Virus record (IMG/VR): IMGVR_UViG_3300011335_000448
Location: 1-26,455 of that record
Reading direction: 5' to 3' (one strand)
DNA length: 26,455 bases
Source: a virus
Taxonomy: Duplodnaviria; Caudoviricetes
Every line of letters starts with the position of its first letter. Within the stretch, counting starts at the first letter, position 1. The notes beneath the pieces were generated by a model. That model did not search any database and was not told the origin of the DNA. It saw only the letters and a program-made list of their open reading frames with translations. The position numbers were made by a program, and so were the translations under genes. Of this stretch, positions 16,287 through 24,100 are shown piece by piece.

Positions 16287-17741
16287 TCACCGGATTTCTC
16301 CGGATTTGAGCATAGCCCAGATCTCTTCATTGGTTTTACCACTGAGTTCTGGATATCTGGCTCTACGTCTCTGGCATTTTCTCTGTATGCTTACTGCCAA
16401 TTTATTTTCTTTTTGGGGTCTACCACTGGGTTTTAGTTCTTTGCTTCTAACCAAACGCATTTCAGTAAAATTGATATTGGTAAAAAATTCACCCAAACCC
16501 AGTATGACTCTATTGTCCAAACAAAATACTGTGGCAGGTTTACCTGTTCTTAGGCAACTACGCATCAGTGTTTGGTAAAAAGTGTAAACAGTTTGAGCCA
16601 TGTGAACTGTGTCCAAATTGTTGTCACTGTCAATGCCATAGACATCACGCAGAAATCTAGTCATATTGGGCGTAGCATTCAGTGCTGATTCTAGACTAAC
16701 GTATTCATAACTTCTGTAATCATTGCTGCCGGCACTGTTGTGTGGTAGTTTTCGTTCATTTTTAAATACTTGTCTATTTTGGCTGTTGTTACGCAATACC
16801 AAGACGCCGTCTTCTTGGGCTATGCCCTGACTGTGATCTCTGTATTGAGTGATTAATTCTGGTTCATTGTCCTGCTTGTAACTGCTCCAGGTAAATTTTA
16901 AATCATCGGGACCATGAATATTCATGGCGACTTCATGTGGTTTGAATGCTAGTTTTGGATGTATGTTCCAAGTTATGCCATGTTCTGTCATCCAGCGACT
17001 CATAAATGTGTATTCAAATGCCGCACTGGCAATCCAGATTGATGCCCAATTTTCTAAAATTGCTGGCAATAATTCTTGTATAATGCTGATACGTTCACTT
17101 TGAGTTACGTTACCCAAAAACTTATCATAGTCATCAATATGACAGCGGCACTGCCAGTTTGTATTCAATAAGAATCTAGTCTGTTCCGCGGCATCTGTGA
17201 TAAAACTACCCTTTAGACCGTGAAATCTCAGTTCTTTCCATTCCACTGCTAGATCCCTGGGTTCCAATAAACTAGTGTTTTCACACCAGTTAAAATCAAC
17301 TAGACATTCATCTTCGTGATATACTGCAATTTCTCTGTAGGGCATTATGGCTTCGTCTATGACGAGATGATATCGCTGTCGCTGAATATGGGATATATTA
17401 CTTTGTAAAAACGCTGCCTGTGTTATAATAACAATGTTACAGCCTGCATCCAGTTCCTGGTGCAGTTGTCTTTGAACGTTGTCTGCGTTTTGACTGGTAA
17501 TTTTGGCTAGTTGATTACTGTGATTGCCAGCACCCTCTGCATTTAGATACCGTTGAAACTCCAGTTCATAAGCATCACAGAGTTGAAGACTGGGCAACAC
17601 TACCAATACCCTGTCATTTAACTGCCAGCGCATTTTGATGTTACTCCAAGTGCTTAACACACGACCTTGATGTTTAGTGGGTGTGGGCGTGTTATCATAG
17701 GTCTTGCCCTCACCGCATCTACGACTGTCAACTATTACCAT
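16287..17741 (-). CDS. SF2-type helicase, putative origin-binding replication protein (start revised to 17741)
   Basis: Walker A CGEGKT, VLVVLPSLQL (motif Ia), Walker B VIDEA, GSNDY, motif VI-like YQTLMRSCLR, basic C-terminal GRP tail; AAGGA 4 nt before ATG 17741. Confidence 0.75.
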   Translation of the reverse strand: MVIVDSRRCGEGKTYDNTPTPTKHQGRVLSTWSNIKMRWQLNDRVLVVLPSLQLCDAYELEFQRYLNAEGAGNHSNQLAKITSQNADNVQRQLHQELDAGCNIVIITQAAFLQSNISHIQRQRYHLVIDEAIMPYREIAVYHEDECLVDFNWCENTSLLEPRDLAVEWKELRFHGLKGSFITDAAEQTRFLLNTNWQCRCHIDDYDKFLGNVTQSERISIIQELLPAILENWASIWIASAAFEYTFMSRWMTEHGITWNIHPKLAFKPHEVAMNIHGPDDLKFTWSSYKQDNEPELITQYRDHSQGIAQEDGVLVLRNNSQNRQVFKNERKLPHNSAGSNDYRSYEYVSLESALNATPNMTRFLRDVYGIDSDNNLDTVHMAQTVYTFYQTLMRSCLRTGKPATVFCLDNRVILGLGEFFTNINFTEMRLVRSKELKPSGRPQKENKLAVSIQRKCQRRRARYPELSGKTNEEIWAMLKSGEIR

Positions 17742-18312
17742 GTAATCCTTGATTGAGCATGTCAGCATATCTTATCACTGACTTTATTCTAAGTTTATCA
17801 CGAATAGTATCTATGCTGTCACTGGCACTGGGATTAAGTTCTTCAACGTAGTTAAACTCAGTTTCACCACGCTGCCTAACAATATATGGTGTAATATCCC
17901 AGTGGCCATTTTTATATTCTATGCCAGAATCTATGACTTCCTGTAATTTACGCTGATTAAAATCACTGCGTTCTTGTTTAATCTGTTGTCGTTGTAGATC
18001 TGGACTCGCGCTGATAATACTGGGTCTACTGTCTGCATCAATCACAGGATTGTCGGTGTAACTATCCAGAACAATTTTATTATTTTTTGTTTTGTAAAAA
18101 ATATTGTCTATGACCACTGTGTTATCATCGTCATAGGCCTGTAAAACAGTTTGCCATTGACTGTTATTGTTAAAATCACTGCCAATGTTTGTGTTTGCTC
18201 GCTGACCCTGAGCATTGGTCATTGTTACATGAGTGTAATCATTACCACTGTATTTGCTGGGTCGCACCACTGCACCGATGATGGTCCAGGGACCCGTTGC
18301 TTGAATTTTCAT
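17728..18312 (-). CDS. Hypothetical protein (194 aa) with a beta-rich N-terminal domain ending IDADSRP
   Basis: Strong AAGGAG RBS; overlaps the helicase start. Confidence 0.85.
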   Translation of the reverse strand: MKIQATGPWTIIGAVVRPSKYSGNDYTHVTMTNAQGQRANTNIGSDFNNNSQWQTVLQAYDDDNTVVIDNIFYKTKNNKIVLDSYTDNPVIDADSRPSIISASPDLQRQQIKQERSDFNQRKLQEVIDSGIEYKNGHWDITPYIVRQRGETEFNYVEELNPSASDSIDTIRDKLRIKSVIRYADMLNQGLHGNS

Positions 18313-18336
18313 TGTTTACTCTCCTTATTGTGTATG

Positions 18337-18344
18337 TATTTATC
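18337..18344 (-). promoter_or_regulatory. Late-type promoter motif GATAAATA upstream of the helicase operon
   Basis: 24 nt upstream of ATG 18312. Confidence 0.65.
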
Positions 18345-18355
18345 TTCTATAGTCA

Positions 18356-18703
18356 TTATATTGTTCCATTTTGTAGATAATATGCTTTGAGCATAACACG
18401 TTTAATACGTTTACCGGGATCTTTGATTAGTTGTTTAGTGCGTAACTTTTCCAAACTGCGTCCCAGGCTGTCATAGTCACTGGTTGACATCCAAATAGCA
18501 TTTTTAATTTCCGCTATGCATTGTTCAAGATCAGTAATGTCTGCCAGTTCTGCATAACCCAGATCACTGTGTTCTCTGCGACGTTCACTGGGTCGCTGTA
18601 AAACCCAGTCATTTTCTTTGATTACAAAATGTTCGCAGGCAGTGATCAATTGTTCATCTAGGCCATGTAATACCATTATAAATTTAAATTCATTGTAAGT
18701 CAT
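18356..18703 (-). CDS. Hypothetical protein (115 aa)
   Basis: ORF fills the gap; CA-rich leader without a Shine-Dalgarno sequence. Confidence 0.7.
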   Translation of the reverse strand: MTYNEFKFIMVLHGLDEQLITACEHFVIKENDWVLQRPSERRREHSDLGYAELADITDLEQCIAEIKNAIWMSTSDYDSLGRSLEKLRTKQLIKDPGKRIKRVMLKAYYLQNGTI

Positions 18704-18723
18704 TGTTGTTGTTTTATAATAAT

Positions 18724-18745
18724 GGGCCCAGCTTGCGCCAGGCCC
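18724..18745 (-). terminator. GC-rich hairpin with a GCAA tetraloop after the ParB-like gene (weak terminator or stabilising hairpin)
   Basis: GGGCCTGGC-GCAA-GCTGGGCCC (9 bp with two G-U pairs), followed by ATTATTAT rather than a U-run. Confidence 0.6.
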
Positions 18746-18751
18746 TGTTTA

Positions 18752-19738
18752 TCAGTCTTGTTTAATCAAAGTTTCAATTACACTTTTCTTCAATGTAACA
18801 GCAAATGCTGGCTTCCAATACGTGCTTTCTTTGAAGTCTTTGTATAGACCATAGGCCAGTAATGGTGCTACACCACTGTTGCCACTGAGTCCTCGGGGTT
18901 TCCAGTTTACTTTACTTTGATCCTTTTGACTGGCTAGGCCAATGAGGTATTGTTGTAGTGCAAAATTTATGGTGTTTTTGCGAGCATCTGGATAGATCTG
19001 CATGAGTTTGATTAAACCCCAGTAAATGTCCTGATTAATCACAGTGCAACCATTGGGATTGTTAGCCCAGGCAATAGCAATCATGTCTCTGGCTTGTCTG
19101 CACAGTGTAATGTCATTGCCCGCAATTTTGATGCCTTCAGCAAAGGCACGATAGCCAATGTTGATATGTCCCTGTGGAGTTGGACTGGGCACACTGAAGT
19201 CAGTGTCACCTTGAACGTATAAACCCAGTAAGTCCAGGATCTCTGCTTCTTTGACTGCAGTTTCTTCACCGCTGTAGAAACGATTGACAAACAAGACTTC
19301 TTTGCTCAGTGTTCTGCGTCCACGTTCCTGGCTGTAAGCAAAGTAAAAGGCAGCCTGTTCCTTTTTACCATCAATGACGATGCAGGGAACTTCTTCTAGG
19401 CCAATAGCAGTGGCCAGTGCGTGTCGTCCACAGCCGTCCCAGACATAATGGTTACCGTCACGTTCATCATAGCAAACTGACAATGTGCCAAATGCCCACA
19501 TGTCAACGCCTTCTCTGTCAACGATGCGATCTGTAACCCATTTTTCCTTGGTGAAACGTTGACTGTCCAAGGGAATAAGATCCTTGAGTTTCAGTGTTTG
19601 TAGTCTTAGGTTGATGTCTTTATTATATACACGATTGCTACCGTGTTTGTCCAAAGTCTTTTGAACTGTTTCGCCTGTAGTATCACCGCGAAATTTAGTG
19701 TGAAATTTGCCAGTAGTGGCAAGAGTTAAAGTTGTCAT
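18752..19738 (-). CDS. ParB/Srx-like N-terminal domain protein (DUF6551-like)
   Basis: LIPLDSQR...FGTLSV...HYVWDGCGRHALA...EVPCIV...AAFYF; DGCGR replaces the usual DGQHR; AAGGA RBS. Confidence 0.7.
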   Translation of the reverse strand: MTTLTLATTGKFHTKFRGDTTGETVQKTLDKHGSNRVYNKDINLRLQTLKLKDLIPLDSQRFTKEKWVTDRIVDREGVDMWAFGTLSVCYDERDGNHYVWDGCGRHALATAIGLEEVPCIVIDGKKEQAAFYFAYSQERGRRTLSKEVLFVNRFYSGEETAVKEAEILDLLGLYVQGDTDFSVPSPTPQGHINIGYRAFAEGIKIAGNDITLCRQARDMIAIAWANNPNGCTVINQDIYWGLIKLMQIYPDARKNTINFALQQYLIGLASQKDQSKVNWKPRGLSGNSGVAPLLAYGLYKDFKESTYWKPAFAVTLKKSVIETLIKQD

Positions 19739-19753
19739 TTTATTTTCCTTATC

Positions 19754-19812
19754 GGGAATCGTATCCCAGTGTTGGCTTTCGCCCTGTGTGTCAGCAACCC
19801 AATGTCGCTGAC
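19754..19812 (-). promoter_or_regulatory. Structured 5' leader with three consecutive hairpins
   Basis: GTCAGCGAC-ATTGG-GTTGCTGAC, GGC-GAAA-GCC and GGGA-TACGAT-TCCC between the promoter and the RBS. Confidence 0.55.
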
Positions 19813-19822
19813 TACAAGTTTA

Positions 19823-19850
19823 ATTATACACGTAATTCAATAAAAGTCAA
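19823..19850 (-). promoter_or_regulatory. Sigma70-type promoter for the ParB-like gene
   Basis: TTGACT-N16-TATAAT. Confidence 0.78.
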
Positions 19851-19919
19851 CACAATTATTGATTTAATTAAAACTGTGAATACCAGAAAATAACTCGGTC
19901 TACAGCGTTTTTACCCTGG

Positions 19920-19932
19920 TAACTTGTTGATT
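19920..19932 (-). promoter_or_regulatory. IHF-consensus site
   Basis: AATCAACAAGTTA matches WATCAANNNNTTR; flanked by CAGCGTTTTT direct repeats (19903-19912 and 19949-19958). Confidence 0.5.
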
Positions 19933-19991
19933 TCATTGAAGTTTTTTTCAGCGTTTTTCGGGGTGCTACCCAAGTATACCCAGGATAAAAA

Positions 19992-20143
19992 AGCCAAAGA
20001 AAAAGCCCTAGATTGTTAAATGTTGTTTTTTGCAACAAAAAACCGATCAGGCACAGCGCCGTCCATTCCCCTCTGTTCAACTATACCAGTATACTAATTA
20101 CTGGATTTACTGTCAACAGGTTATTCAGCCAAAGAAAAAGCCC
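19992..20143. repeat. 17-bp perfect direct repeat AGCCAAAGAAAAAGCCC
   Basis: Copies at 19992-20008 and 20127-20143. Confidence 0.85.
20088..20116 (-). promoter_or_regulatory. Sigma70-type promoter with an overlapping palindromic operator
   Basis: TTGACA-N17-TATACT; CCAGTA-N7-TACTGG (20086-20104) overlaps the -10 box. Confidence 0.75.
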
Positions 20144-20158
20144 CAGTAAACTGAGGCT
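20131..20158 (-). terminator. Rho-independent terminator
   Basis: AGCCTCAG-TTTA-CTGGGGCT followed by TTTTCTTT. Confidence 0.8.
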
Positions 20159-20289
20159 CATTCCCGAATCACCTTACCCTACAAACAATATTGGAGATTA
20201 AACGTATGACAGCGATGATTCTAACAAGGATAATAACAACAAACAGACTATACTCTAATGGCCGTAAGATGGGAATCTGCCGTTGTCAT
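20131..20289 (-). ncRNA. Putative structured small RNA of about 155 nt
   Basis: Bounded by ACTAAATA (20293-20300) and an intrinsic terminator; long imperfect stem 20273-20290/20205-20221; second pairing 20264-20271/20170-20177; only a 13-codon ORF on this strand. Confidence 0.62.
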
Positions 20290-20292
20290 ATA

Positions 20293-20300
20293 TATTTAGT
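20293..20300 (-). promoter_or_regulatory. Late-type promoter motif ACTAAATA driving the putative sRNA
   Basis: Same motif, placed just before the 5' arm of the RNA stem. Confidence 0.65.
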
Positions 20301-20321
20301 ATGTAAAACTAAAATATGGGG

Positions 20322-20888
20322 TTATATATCTGTATTTTCCTGGAAATTACTGTGATCATTTATATCAAAATTTGCCAATATATCTCTGCTTGGACCCAGG
20401 GCATAATTCAAATAACTGTCGTCGGTGTTAAACAACTGTGATCTTAGTAGATCATAGTAGCCCATGGTAAACAAACGTTCATTGTCTGTAAGTGTGCGTT
20501 CACCACTACTGCCCTTGGCCCAGAGTAATCTACGCTGTGGTCTAAGTTTACTGGCATTGTTGTGACGCCAACGTGCCAGCGCAGGCATGTTCAGCATCCA
20601 TAGATCAAATTCAGCGATCTGTTCTTCGGGCACATAATAAACTGTAAACCATACTCGTCTACCAGCATCAAAATAATATACTTGATCTTCAATAAAACTA
20701 CAGATCCGTGATTTGATATCACAGATACTGCGATTGTAATTATTGGGTTCGGGTGTGGTGTATTCCGTTACTGGACTGGTTGTTTTAATCCAACCAATCT
20801 GTCTGGCTATGGCAACTCTGGGGTCTGGTAATTCTGGAAATTCACAGGCTGGCAGGATATGCCAGTCTCTGGTGTTATGGTAATTCAT
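20322..20888 (-). CDS. Hypothetical protein (about 188 aa; start revised from TTG 20915 to ATG 20888), probably leaderless
   Basis: GTTAAATA-CGGCT-ATG. Confidence 0.8.
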   Translation of the reverse strand: MNYHNTRDWHILPACEFPELPDPRVAIARQIGWIKTTSPVTEYTTPEPNNYNRSICDIKSRICSFIEDQVYYFDAGRRVWFTVYYVPEEQIAEFDLWMLNMPALARWRHNNASKLRPQRRLLWAKGSSGERTLTDNERLFTMGYYDLLRSQLFNTDDSYLNYALGPSRDILANFDINDHSNFQENTDI

Positions 20889-20893
20889 AGCCG

Positions 20894-20901
20894 TATTTAA
20901 C
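20894..20901 (-). promoter_or_regulatory. Late-type promoter motif GTTAAATA-N5-ATG
   Basis: Embedded in a short palindrome GCCGT-TAAAT-ACGGC. Confidence 0.7.
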
Positions 20902-20911
20902 GGCAGTATTC

Positions 20912-21184
20912 TCAATGAGTAATCAAATATCCAAGGACACCAATGACTGCTACAACGATTGTGCCCACTGTGGTGATTAATGTAGTTTGCTTACTGGAAT
21001 TTTGACGCTCCAGTAATAGCTTGATTTCAGTGAATCCTGTTTGCATCTGCGCTTTAATAGCAGAGATATCAGTTTCCACCTTATCAAGTCTTCGTTCAAT
21101 GACATTAAATTTATCCTCAATTCCCTGATAACGTATGGCACATATCTCTACATGCGTGGCTAAGTCTGTTTCTTCTCTGCTCAC
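20912..21184 (-). CDS. Coiled-coil protein with a C-terminal transmembrane helix (XhlA/holin-like)
   Basis: LATHVEICAIRY, heptad repeats, hydrophobic LITTVGTIVVAVIGVLGYLI; GGAG RBS and GTG start; follows the tail fibre. Confidence 0.7.
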   Translation of the reverse strand: MSREETDLATHVEICAIRYQGIEDKFNVIERRLDKVETDISAIKAQMQTGFTEIKLLLERQNSSKQTTLITTVGTIVVAVIGVLGYLITH

Positions 21185-21185
21185 T

Positions 21186-24100
21186 TTATGCTCCCACTGG
21201 TGTTAATGATATAAACGCTGCCGCTGTGCTTGGTCCAAATGCTGTTGCGGCAAAATATGGGAATACTAATGCTACATTATCTACAGCATACATCAATTCA
21301 AAATAATCAGTTGATGCTGTTGCTTGAACCAAGTTGTTCCAAGCACTAATAGTTTGGTGTTGTTTAGTAACATAGACACGACCCATTGATCCAGCAATGT
21401 CTGTGCCATTCTTACGCCACCAAATATAAGCAGTATGATCCGCGGCATTGTCGGTATTGCTTAACTGAACGCTGAACTGTAAGTTGTAGAAACCTACAGC
21501 GTTGGGTTGTATTCTGCTGGTGTTAGTTGCACTGGCTATGTTAGCATAGTCTGTAACAGCACTACCACCCTGCCATTGGAACGCATAAGCAGTATTGGCA
21601 GCCGCTGGTGTTATAGTAGCATCATACTGCCATTGTCCATAAACACGATTGTAACTTATTTTGCTACTGCCAACTAGACCTGTGCCCGTATTATCATTTA
21701 AGGCCAGTGCATCACTGGCTATTACAGCATTGCTACTGTTAATGCTGATAGCATCATAGGGTGTGCTACCACCGATTTTATCCAAGTTGATAGCAAATGC
21801 ACCACCAGAATTTGTAGCAGTAAAGTTTTCAGCAGCCGTAGCTCTAAAGCGAACGCTGGGACCCAGTGTAGTAAATGCGCTGGTAGTGCCATAGTTACCT
21901 GCAAAGAAGAACTCACCTAGATAATCACCACTTTGCGTAGCACTGAATACATTAGTGCCAGTGTTATAATTACCTGTGTTAAATGTAATTGTTGATGCTT
22001 CACTGCCACTGGTTGTTGCTGTTTGCACACGCAGTTGACTGATTCTATCATTGAAACCTGCCGCCGCTGGATTACCTGCATTGATTAGCATGTTACTGGC
22101 GCCACCGTAAGTTGTCTGTGTTGTGGGGTTAAACAAGGACAATAAAGTGGTATTAACAGTGGTATTTGTATTACCAGAAGTCATAGTGACAACATCACTG
22201 CCACCACTGTTTTTAATTACATTGGTTAATAATCTTGGAGTAGCCAATGCATCTAATGTTGTGCCATCACTGCCCACAAAGCCTGCCGCGCCTGTTATTG
22301 TGCCACTTGCCGCTGTAACAGTTTGACTGACTGTCCAAGTAGAACCACTACCAGAACCAGTAAGGTTCCTGACAATGTAAACACCAAATGATGTAATGTT
22401 TGCACCAGTGAGTAATTGACCCACTGCTACAGTGCCTGATGTCACTGTGCCAATAGTCAGCGTTGTGCCACTGATGCTGGATCCTGTGGCCGTAAATGCC
22501 GATGTCTTACCTTTGGCAATGGCAAATGCATCACTGCGTAAACTTAAACCCTGTGGATTAACCAATATAACAGGTGTTAAACTTGCACCACTGGTAATTG
22601 TTGTTGCTGTTGGTGCCAAGGCCAGAGTATATTGTGTGCCCAAGTTGGTTGTGCCGACCCAGTTTTCACTGGCAGTAAACACTTGTGTTCCAGTGGGCGC
22701 CGCTACTAGATCTGCTACCCAACCTGTTGATGTGTAACCTGTGGCTTCAACGCTGCCAAGTTGATCAGCACTTTGAACTGCTGTGGGACTAGCACTTGTG
22801 CCACGAGCCTTTTCTAATACAACACGAGGGCGAACTGCATTACCATTGACTGCACCACCACTGAAACTGCGTGCCAGTGTTTCAGGTCCTTTGGTTGTGT
22901 CAGCACTGTTGTCCAGGCTGATACCTCTGTAGCCGCTGCCGCCGGGACCAAAGGTCCAGATATCACCAGCAGCCGCTGATGTTGAGTTGCGTATTGCACC
23001 CTGAACATAGTTGCGTGTATTAGTTAAGTTACCACCATTGGCCAGTGTAAGTGCCACACTACCTGTGCCATTGGGTGCTAACGTAAGATTTCCATTAGCA
23101 CCGGCTGTTAATGTCATTGTGCCAGCATTTACACCAGCGGCTGTTTGTAATACTAGGTTACCACTGGTAGTGCTTATTGTTTGAGCAGTATCAACACCCA
23201 CTGTAACGTTACCAAATATGTGACCACTGTTGTCAGCCATGTCATAAAAAGTAGTGCCATCATTGGTAAACTGCCAACGATCTGTAGTTTCGTTCCAACG
23301 CAGTGATACATTAGCACTGCTGCCACGATCTGCAGTTATATAAGCATCCAGTGCGGGCACACCAGACTGTGCTCTGTTTAATGATAGTTCACTTTGCCAG
23401 ACATCAACACCAAAATTACCCGTAGTCATGTTGGTTATGTAATTGGCGCCGTCATCAATGCTGGTTGAAAAATTGATACTGGGTTGTGTAGAATTATAAG
23501 TGCCACTGATCAAAGCAAATTCGTTGGCGGCTTGACTGTCACTGTCTACTTCAAATTTAAATCCAGGACCATCACCGTCAGCGAATGGAGTGGCACCACG
23601 GTTTTTACGCATTGTTAAAACACTGTTAATGCCAGCACCAGTGTTGTCATATTGAAATACAGGTCTATTGCCGCCAACACTGGTGGCAATTGTGCTACTG
23701 TTTACAAAGTTAGTGCCATTGTAGTAAAATAAATTGCCTTGTCCAGGTGTAGTAATAACCACATCACTGAGGTCATCCAAGGTTTGAACAAATGGACTCC
23801 ATGTAGAACTATCTGCACTGAATTCAAATTTGTTTGTTGAATTATTCCAGCGAATGGCAGCGTTGTTGTTTGGTGCCACACGACCAAAATTTAGATATAC
23901 AGGTAAATTTGTTTTATCACCGTTGATAATTATTATATCTGCGTTAACAGTAAAATCACCATCAACAACACCATCGCCTTTGATAGTTGTTATGCCTGGA
24001 AAAGCCGCACCTAAATTTAGTGTAGTGGCTGCACCAAATGCATTTACGGTTGTTGCTGTGGTATTGAACACTGACGCAGTTGTTTGTGTAGTTGTTAGAT

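Noticed and set aside
19868-20080. 70-aa ORF downstream of the second sigma70 promoter
   Set aside because: TTG start with no leader, and it runs through homopolymer runs and regulatory repeats; not excluded but unsupported.
20206-20355. + strand ORF of about 49 codons preceded by GGAG
   Set aside because: No + strand promoter found, and the promoter, terminator and G-U pairs all favour a - strand RNA; the RBS-like text is better read as the complement of an anti-SD segment.
2892-20901. TAAATA as an archaeal TATA box or a sigma70 -10 box
   Set aside because: A 5-nt spacing to ATG is too short for TATA, the sixth base is A rather than the near-invariant T of TANNNT, and true sigma70 promoters plus a peptidoglycan-lytic domain indicate a bacterial host.
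20889-20903. N4-like hairpin promoter (GCCGT-TAAAT-ACGGC)
   Set aside because: The stem is not shared by most other TAAATA sites and no virion RNA polymerase gene is seen.
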